This document shows positions 57,472 through 64,000 of a DNA stretch of 64,000 bases, piece after piece; the first letter of the stretch is position 1; every line of letters starts with the position of its first letter. The translations under genes and the position numbers were made by a program. A model generated the notes under the pieces. It ran no database searches. It was not told the origin of the DNA and saw nothing but the letters and a program-made list of their open reading frames with translations. This DNA is from Patescibacteria group bacterium (lineage in GTDB: Bacteria > Patescibacteriota > Minisyncoccia > UBA6257 > JACRHW01): positions 377,954 to 441,953 of the forward strand of contig JAGWJP010000001.1 in the NCBI GenBank assembly GCA_028865725.1, written 5' to 3'.

Positions 57472-58089
57472 TTATCTCCATACCGCAAGAAGTGATACGA
57501 GTGCGTTAATCGCAGGCACGATAAGACCGAACCCAAAAAAAATAAACAAAAAAAGAATCAACAACCCATTGCGTTCTAAAAAAACTTGAACATTCCGCAT
57601 GTGCGGAGGCAGGAGTGCAAACAAAACTTTTGAGCCATCGAGAGGCGGAATAGGAACAAGATTGAATAGAGCAAGCGATACGTTAATGAGAATAACGGTA
57701 TTGATAAGGAGCAATGAAACTGGCGTTACCAGCTTGAGCCACAATAATCCATGAAGCAATAACGAAAAAAGTCCCGCAAACACCAAGTTTGATGCAGGTC
57801 CTGCAAGCGCAATCAAACCTCCGCCTTTTTGTGGATCTCGAAGATTATAAGGATTATAAGGCACCGGTTTTGCCCATCCGATAATCGGCGCACCAGATAT
57901 AAAAAGAACGAGCGGCAGCAATACCGAACCGATCGGATCAAGGTGGGACAATGGATTTAGAGTAAGCCGTCCGGCGCGGCGTGCTGTCTCGTCCCCAAGC
58001 ATTTCAGCCACATAACCATGAGAAATCTCATGAATAATGACGGAAAAGATCAAAATAGCAATTTCAGCAATGGCTATTGAAAAATTCAT
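57472..58089 (-). CDS. site-2 protease (M50) family
   Basis: HEISH, RLTLNP, AGPASN, FNLVPIPPLDG. Confidence 0.94.
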   Translation of the reverse strand: MNFSIAIAEIAILIFSVIIHEISHGYVAEMLGDETARRAGRLTLNPLSHLDPIGSVLLPLVLFISGAPIIGWAKPVPYNPYNLRDPQKGGGLIALAGPASNLVFAGLFSLLLHGLLWLKLVTPVSLLLINTVILINVSLALFNLVPIPPLDGSKVLFALLPPHMRNVQVFLERNGLLILFLFIFFGFGLIVPAINALVSLLAVWR

Positions 58090-58133
58090 ACCGTTGTGTT
58101 AATAATAACTATTCGCATTAACTTGAACCAACT

Positions 58134-58325
58134 ATGAAACAATGTTACTTCTGTGAAAAGAAATCTATCAATGGAGGCACGCGCATCCTTCTTCGTGGTA
58201 ATTATAACCCAACCAACCGTACGCGCAAACAGCCTAATCTCCAATGGCTCAAAAACCCAACGGGAAATGGGCGCGTGAAAGCCTGCGTAAAATGCATCAA
58301 AACGATTACCAAGAAGGGAAAATAA
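58134..58325 (+). CDS. rpmB: 50S ribosomal protein L28
   Basis: CYFCEK...QPNLQ...CVKCIK. Confidence 0.85.
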   Translation: MKQCYFCEKKSINGGTRILLRGNYNPTNRTRKQPNLQWLKNPTGNGRVKACVKCIKTITKKGK

Positions 58326-58335
58326 TTTTCAGGTC

Positions 58336-58362
58336 AAAAATCATCCTTACGGATGATTTTTT
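58336..58362 (+). terminator. terminator after rpmB
   Basis: AAAAATCATCC-TTAC-GGATGATTTTT. Confidence 0.75.
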
Positions 58363-58585
58363 CTCTTACCAGGAAACCCCAATGACTCAACAAATTCATG
58401 AACCCGCTTTGTACCTATTCCTTCATTTCTATTCGGAATAGGTTCTAGAATCTGAGCACGAAAGTTCTCCCGTGCAAGAGGGGTCTCTACAGTACGGCGC
58501 GAGTTTGGTTCATTATTATTAATCGCAACAAAAGTGTGGTGCTTTTATATATATTTTTTTACTGACCCCTCATCAACCTTTTCAG

Positions 58586-58656
58586 TCGGGCTGCCGGGAA
58601 TCGGACCCGGGTCACACCCACCCCAAGGGTGCATACTACCATTATACTACAGCCCG
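58586..58656 (-). tRNA. tRNA-Pro(GGG)
   Basis: Cloverleaf: acceptor CGGGCTG/CAGCCCG, anticodon stem CACCC/GGGTG with loop TTGGGGT; no encoded CCA. Confidence 0.92.
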
Positions 58657-58792
58657 CGGTATACACACGCACGGTGAAACACACGCCATGAGGCATTCCT
58701 CACACAGCGTAACAGACGCGCAAAGGTTCTGCAATGCACGACCGTGTACTGCAAACAAAAAACCGTACATTATTATGGCACGGCGATTCTTT

Positions 58793-59086
58793 TTATTCTT
58801 CCGTTTTTTGTTTCCATATCCATTCCACATACACTACACCAGCAGCGCCCCAGCACAACACCTGAAATATAAACCAGCAAAAACCCGCGATACTCAAAAA
58901 AACAGACTTCTCCCAAAACCCTTCAGGATGTAGGAAACTCTTAATCCAAAAGAAGATTCCTGTAGGAGCGAAACTAATGATCCCTACAGTAATACTCATG
59001 ACTATTTTCCAAAGCATATTCCATACCTTTGTGAAAATACTCATAATCATAATATGTTTCCTCCTTCTTTTGTTGATGGACGCCAT
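58793..59086 (-). CDS. hypothetical two-TM membrane protein
   Basis: Hydrophobic ORF; internal AGGAGG suggests a later start. Confidence 0.55.
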   Translation of the reverse strand: MASINKRRRKHIMIMSIFTKVWNMLWKIVMSITVGIISFAPTGIFFWIKSFLHPEGFWEKSVFLSIAGFCWFIFQVLCWGAAGVVYVEWIWKQKTEE

Positions 59087-59166
59087 GAGAGTATCATCTT
59101 ATTGTACGTTTGTAAAGCGTGTGGTATATATTGAGGAGCACTTTACAACAAAAGGAGGCCTGTGGA

Positions 59167-60264
59167 ATGAGCCCGATCTCTCTTATTGAACGCGTGCATG
59201 GCTGTCTTTTGGGTGTCGCAATCGGCGATGCGCTTGGCATGCCGTGGGAAACGATGACGCGCGAAGAGATTAATGAAGCAACGGAAAGAAAAGGAGTTCT
59301 CAGATTTCACGATGCGGTGCAACAGCGGCTTCGTGACACCAAAGATTTTCGCGCAGGAGATACTACCGATGATTGGCAACTCACGAAAGTTGTCGCACGT
59401 TCTTTGATTCGACAAGGACATTATGATGTAATCGATTGCGCACAAGAACATGTGAAAGAATTACACCACTCCACGTTTGGATGGGGTAAAAGCACGACAA
59501 AAGGCATTCAGAATGTCAGCAATTTTTTATACCATATCCCAAAACCTGGTGAACGGTATTTTGCGTCTCAGTCATTTGCTACCCCAAAAGGATGTGGAAA
59601 TGGTGTTGCTATGAAAATCAGTCCTCTTGCCCTTTTCTATGGTATCCGCGCAGCATCGCGTGGTGAACAAGGCAATGATGTTTTTTCATTCTATTCAGAT
59701 GTAATGAGTCTCGGATCATTGACACACGGAGATCGACGCACCTCGTTTGCTGCATTTGCATTCGGACGGACGCTTATAGCCCTCCTCACCAGAAACCTAC
59801 CCCTTTGTGACGTCGCTCTTGAATCACATTTGAATGAACTACTCTCGGGCATGTTACTCTGCGAAATTATTTTGCAAACAAGAGGATGGGAACATTGTTA
59901 TGATGCACACGAACCTGATCCTTTCTATGCGAGACTTCACAAACTTTGCAGCGAAGAATGTCTCAACCCGGCACGCGCTGCATCCATTCTCTCTACTGCA
60001 ACGGGTACAGGCTGTTTTGCCCTCGAATCGGTGCCGTTCGCACTGGGAACATTTTTGCGTCATCCTCATGATTTCGAGGCTGGCGTACTTGAAGCCGTCA
60101 ACGCGGGCGGAGATACTGATACGAATGCATCCATGGTGGGTGCACTTATTGGGGCCAATGTGGGGGTCCATAACATACCTGATTCCTGGCATTATTTCAG
60201 AAAAGCATACGAAGAAGCAGAAACGCTCGCGGTGCAGCTTTTTCACACTGCGACAAAAACGTAA
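59167..60264 (+). CDS. ADP-ribosylglycohydrolase family protein
   Basis: GVAIGDALG, TTDD, GNG.AM, GGDTDT. Confidence 0.93.
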   Translation: MSPISLIERVHGCLLGVAIGDALGMPWETMTREEINEATERKGVLRFHDAVQQRLRDTKDFRAGDTTDDWQLTKVVARSLIRQGHYDVIDCAQEHVKELHHSTFGWGKSTTKGIQNVSNFLYHIPKPGERYFASQSFATPKGCGNGVAMKISPLALFYGIRAASRGEQGNDVFSFYSDVMSLGSLTHGDRRTSFAAFAFGRTLIALLTRNLPLCDVALESHLNELLSGMLLCEIILQTRGWEHCYDAHEPDPFYARLHKLCSEECLNPARAASILSTATGTGCFALESVPFALGTFLRHPHDFEAGVLEAVNAGGDTDTNASMVGALIGANVGVHNIPDSWHYFRKAYEEAETLAVQLFHTATKT

Positions 60265-60293
60265 TAAAAAACGAGGGGGCTCCTCGTTTTATT
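60262..60293 (+). terminator. terminator
   Basis: AAAACGAGG-GGGCT-CCTCGTTTT. Confidence 0.7.
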
Positions 60294-60416
60294 GTTTTCT
60301 ATTCCTCTATCCCCTCCGTTTTCTTAAAAAAAGATCCGATACGACACGTTTCATATAAATCATTACGCAACATTATCCACACCCTCTCCCGATCTTCTCT
60401 ACGGTATAATAATCCA

Positions 60417-60947
60417 ATGGCTCACATTATTATCACCTCAAAAAATCCAGTAAAAATACACGCCGCTTGTGATGCGTTTAAAAAAATGTTTCCGGGAGAA
60501 TCGCACACAGTGCAAGAAGTGTCAGTACGCTCTGATGTTTCAGCGCAGCCTATGAGCGACGAGGAAACATTTCGAGGTGCAGTAAATCGTGTACAAAATG
60601 CTGTGAAATTTCATCCTGGCGCTGATTTTTGGGTGGGGATGGAAGGCGGAGTAGACACGCATCAGGAACATCTCTCTTCATTTGCTTGGATTGTAGTACG
60701 TTCGAAAGAGGGAAAATGGGGAAAAGGAAAAACAGGAACATTTATTCTCCCCACACAAGTAGCTTCCCTTGTACGTGCCGGTACAGAACTCGGCGATGCC
60801 GATGATATTGTTTTCGGCAACACAAACTCTAAACAGCAAAATGGCGCCATCGGCCTCCTTACTGACAATCTCATTGATCGAACTCACTTTTATTCTTCGG
60901 CCACAATCTGCGCGCTTATTCCTTTCAAAAAACCGCACCTCTATTGA
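60417..60947 (+). CDS. yjjX: inosine/xanthosine triphosphatase
   Basis: SKNPVKI, SDVSAQP, GAVNR, EGG, ELG, GAIGLLT. Confidence 0.92.
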   Translation: MAHIIITSKNPVKIHAACDAFKKMFPGESHTVQEVSVRSDVSAQPMSDEETFRGAVNRVQNAVKFHPGADFWVGMEGGVDTHQEHLSSFAWIVVRSKEGKWGKGKTGTFILPTQVASLVRAGTELGDADDIVFGNTNSKQQNGAIGLLTDNLIDRTHFYSSATICALIPFKKPHLY

Positions 60948-60983
60948 TTTTGCATTCATTCCGGATTAGCATAGGTTCAGTTC

Positions 60984-61316
60984 TTGAAAAGGGCAGGTAA
61001 CAAAATCATGCCTCACTGGTTTCTCCATTTATTACTCTACCAGCAAATAATGCTTTGTGTCGTGAGTTATGCAGCATGCGGGACATTTACCATGATTATT
61101 GCAGCACGCCATAACCATAACTCGAAAAGGTGGAAACCCAAAAACAAACCCTCTTCTGCAAATCAAGATGAATTTGAGCGCATGCTCGGTATTACATTTT
61201 GGCTGTGGCCTCTCGTTCTTTTGATTTGTTTTTGTGTGATATTCGTTTCGACGATCATGGGCGACTTTGCAGCACTTCCTTGCGCAATCTATCAGATTTA
61301 CGGACCAAGAGGCTAA
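60984..61316 (+). CDS. hypothetical membrane protein
   Basis: Two TM, WLWP motif; terminator follows. Confidence 0.55.
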   Translation: MKRAGNKIMPHWFLHLLLYQQIMLCVVSYAACGTFTMIIAARHNHNSKRWKPKNKPSSANQDEFERMLGITFWLWPLVLLICFCVIFVSTIMGDFAALPCAIYQIYGPRG

Positions 61317-61356
61317 CCGTTATAAAAATCGCCGAGCATACGCTCGGTTTTTGTAG

Positions 61357-61486
61357 AAAACAAAACTCCGCTTTTTTATTCCGGCAAAACCCAAGTGGGA
61401 ACTCTCAACGCACAACCCACAGGTTGTGGTAATTCGAGCATCCCGAACGGAATTATTTGATCCGAAAAAAGCGGAGCTTTGCTTTT
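61357..61486. repeat. ~130-bp long imperfect palindrome (REP/MITE-like)
   Basis: CTCCGCTTTTTT/AAAAAAGCGGAG ends; inner CACAACC/GGTTGTG hairpin. Confidence 0.65.
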
Positions 61487-61559
61487 ATTATATCAGGTTT
61501 CATATTTTTTAAAACAAGGCTATACTGTTAATAAGTTTTTCGTTATAGAGATTATTGCC

Positions 61560-62549
61560 ATGCGTCACAAAACCCGTGTCGGCGTTCTTATGGGAGGGAT
61601 ATCAAGTGAACGAAATATTTCTCTGCTCTCAGGGGCGGAAGTTATCACGCATCTTCCCACGGATCGTTATGAAGCATACCCCATAGAAATTACGCGGGAT
61701 CAGAAATGGATCTTTAATAGGACGAGGGTATTGTCGCTCTTTCCCCGCAATGATCTTAAGCACTATTGCGACGTAGTGTTTGTCGCTTTGCATGGCGCGT
61801 TTGGAGAAGATGGCACCGTGCAGGCAATTCTTGAAACGCTTCAAATCCCTTATACCGGCTCCGACGTGCGCGCAAGCGCACTCGGTATGAACAAAATAAG
61901 AACATCTCGTTTCCTTGCTGCGCACAAAATCGCGATACCTCGATCAATCCTCATTACTAATGCTATGTCCACACAAGAATGTAAAAGCGCTCTTGCACAG
62001 ATCGGGTTCCCTTGCATCATAAAACCGAACGCATCAGGCTCAAGTGTGGGAATCAGCGTGGTGCACGCACAAAAAGATATTGCGCCCGCATTACGCAAGG
62101 CGTTTCGCGAAGGAGGTGCTGTCATCGCTCAAGCATACATTCGGGGACGAGAATTTTCTTGCGGTGTAATGGGAAATACATTCTCGTCCCTTACCGCTCT
62201 TCCTCCTATCGAGATTATCACTTCGAGAACCTTTTTTGATTATCATGCCAAATATCATTCTCGTACTACGCAAGAAATTTGTCCTGCGCCCATTTCTTTA
62301 TATCTCCGAAACAAGATTGCGGAGGTAAGCCTGCGCGCCCATACCCTACTAGGGTGCAGCGGGCTTACACGTTCTGATTTTATGCTCACCTCTGACCATT
62401 TGCTCTATTTTCTTGAAATAAATACAATCCTGGGCATTACCCAATCGAGTCTTTGTCCAAAGGCGGCACGCGCGGCAGGCATACCATTTCCTGAATTTTT
62501 ACATCAACAAGTACAACTCGCGCTTTTAAAAATGAATCACCTCTCTTAA
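61560..62549 (+). CDS. ddl: D-alanine--D-alanine ligase
   Basis: GG.SSE..IS, LHGAFGEDG, GSSVG, DY.AKY, EINT. Confidence 0.95.
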   Translation: MRHKTRVGVLMGGISSERNISLLSGAEVITHLPTDRYEAYPIEITRDQKWIFNRTRVLSLFPRNDLKHYCDVVFVALHGAFGEDGTVQAILETLQIPYTGSDVRASALGMNKIRTSRFLAAHKIAIPRSILITNAMSTQECKSALAQIGFPCIIKPNASGSSVGISVVHAQKDIAPALRKAFREGGAVIAQAYIRGREFSCGVMGNTFSSLTALPPIEIITSRTFFDYHAKYHSRTTQEICPAPISLYLRNKIAEVSLRAHTLLGCSGLTRSDFMLTSDHLLYFLEINTILGITQSSLCPKAARAAGIPFPEFLHQQVQLALLKMNHLS

Positions 62550-62590
62550 TATCCTTTATCTGACGATCGTCGCTTACAGGATATTTTCAC

Positions 62591-62617
62591 ATAAAAACCG
62601 CATTACGCGGTTTTTAT
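62591..62617. terminator. bidirectional terminator between ddl and ndk
   Basis: ATAAAAACCGC-ATTAC-GCGGTTTTTAT. Confidence 0.8.
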
Positions 62618-62635
62618 TATTTCTTACCTCTTGAT

Positions 62636-63232
62636 TCAAAACATGATATCCTCTTCTGCGCGAGGATATGCATGAATATCTTTCGGACTAAACCAAAGCT
62701 TTATCTCAAACTCAGCTTCCGCCGCATTTCCTGATGCGTGAACAATATTACGCACAGGACGTTTTTGTGCATTTGCAAGCAGTGGAGAGTCTACAGAATA
62801 ATCCCCTCGTACCGTACCCATTTCCGCTTGTGACGGCATCGTGCCTCCTGTGATTTTTCGTACCATCTCAACCGCGTGAAGCCCCTGTACCACCATTTTC
62901 ACAATAGGACCCGATGCCATAAAATCTACAATCCATCCATGCACCATCTTTCCTATCTTAACAGGATCGTTGGTTCCCATTTCTTTTTTTACATCAAATC
63001 CATACTTTTCATACGTAGCAAGAGTTTTCTCGCCCATTGCACGAAGATTTGAGTCTGCGGACGAATAGTGTTTTGCGAGATCTTTTTTCGATGCTTCAAT
63101 CATTTCTATCGCAACAATTTTTAACCCACGTTGCTCAATACGGCGAATAATTTCTCCGACAAGCCCTCTCTTTACCCCATCTGGTTTTACAATAACCAGC
63201 GTACGCTCTTCTTTAAGCAGTAATTTGGACAT
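62636..63232 (-). CDS. ndk: nucleoside diphosphate kinase
   Basis: ERTLVIVKPDGV, GTVRGD, NIVHAS. Confidence 0.95.
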   Translation of the reverse strand: MSKLLLKEERTLVIVKPDGVKRGLVGEIIRRIEQRGLKIVAIEMIEASKKDLAKHYSSADSNLRAMGEKTLATYEKYGFDVKKEMGTNDPVKIGKMVHGWIVDFMASGPIVKMVVQGLHAVEMVRKITGGTMPSQAEMGTVRGDYSVDSPLLANAQKRPVRNIVHASGNAAEAEFEIKLWFSPKDIHAYPRAEEDIMF

Positions 63233-63325
63233 ACAAATAATTAGTTATTTGATACAAGTATACCTGGGAAATGCAAAAGCGCAAGAAAAAAACTCACCAC
63301 AAGATGTGGTGAGTATATAACATTG

Positions 63326-64000
63326 CTACGGCGCAGGAGAAGGTGCAGGAGTGGCGGGTGCAGAAACAGGAGCAGTAGGTGTTTCAAGGCCGCGCTCACG
63401 CATAATCGCATACAGCTTAGCCTTTGCTACACCCATGGAATTTATTTTTCCATTCGAAAAAATCACTTCATAATCAGGCGCGATACCATGTCCCCAGCTA
63501 ATAAGCCTGTCCCCATCAGGAATACTAGACTTATAGACAGTCATATAGGCCACAAACCCATTGGGAAAAATGCGAAGCACTTGAGAAACATTTTTACCAA
63601 ATGTCTTTGATCCAACAACGATATTTCCATGTTCACGAAGCGACGCAACAACAATCTCTGATGCGCTCGCGGTAAGACCGTTTACAACCACAGCCACCGG
63701 ACCCGTAAATTTAGGAACACCGGGGAGCGGAAGAGTCTTCTGGAATTCATTTTTGCCGTGTTCGGTAGTCACTAAAATATAAGGATCGTTCGTAAAAAAA
63801 CTCGATACCGCAATAGCTCCATTTACGTATCCGCCCGTGTTATCTCTCAAATTGAGAATAATCCCTTTGACATGGTGAGCCACCACTAAATCAAGATAAA
63901 CTTTTAGGAACTGTTCCTCTATTTCTCGAGAAGAAAACGTCTTGATTGTAATGATACCAATGTCTCCATCTATTTCTTCAAGAACCAAATTTTTTCGCGG
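63326..64000 (-). CDS. second S41 family peptidase (5' part outside window)
   Basis: LRDNTGG, TASASE, KTFGK; Pro/Ala tail. Confidence 0.85.
   Translation of the reverse strand, partial: PRKNLVLEEIDGDIGIITIKTFSSREIEEQFLKVYLDLVVAHHVKGIILNLRDNTGGYVNGAIAVSSFFTNDPYILVTTEHGKNEFQKTLPLPGVPKFTGPVAVVVNGLTASASEIVVASLREHGNIVVGSKTFGKNVSQVLRIFPNGFVAYMTVYKSSIPDGDRLISWGHGIAPDYEVIFSNGKINSMGVAKAKLYAIMRERGLETPTAPVSAPATPAPSPAP

Noticed and set aside
58346-58525. Open frame on the minus strand downstream of tRNA-Pro
   Set aside because: No ATG/GTG/TTG start near its 5' end and it runs into the rpmB terminator; at most a fragment.
395-63610. Numerous short antisense or nested ORFs in the track
   Set aside because: They are shadows of well-supported genes and have no motifs of their own.
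1-64000. CRISPR array, rRNA, integrase or full transposase
   Set aside because: I saw no regularly spaced 23-47 nt repeats and no matching motifs.
1-64000. Alternative genetic code (TGA=Gly)
   Set aside because: Core genes such as rpmA and rpsN end correctly at TGA and are uninterrupted in code 11.

Overview
This 64 kb window looks like the chromosome of a Patescibacteria (CPR) bacterium, most likely Parcubacteria. The evidence is genetic code 11 with TGA stops, no rpmD/L30 between rpsE and rplO while L9 is present, CPR-type pilins, a DUF4012-like protein and a short AlaRS. Most of the window is core genes: the str/S10/spc clusters (rpsL to map), the infA-alpha-rplM/rpsI cluster about 21 kb away, def/fmt, priA, murA/murJ/ddl, pgk/tpiA/galT, glycosyltransferases, RNase P RNA and tRNA-Pro(GGG). 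The most notable non-core signals are: (1) three pilin-like genes, two of which share a pilin-plus-linker module but end in different predicted hydrolases (lytic transglycosylase-like and papain/C39-like); (2) a fusA-tuf interval containing a Phd-like protein with an SSB-like acidic tip, small ORFs, a Hanks kinase and a ~190 bp structured IS200/IS605-like (omegaRNA-like) element abutting the tuf promoter; (3) mirrored 7-nt and 9-10-nt periodic repeats in several spacers; (4) a FecR-CHASE2-cyclase module with Gln at the adenine-selecting Lys site; (5) an atypical RNase P RNA and an RpoA lacking the alpha-CTD. All calls come from reading motifs by eye; no searches were run.
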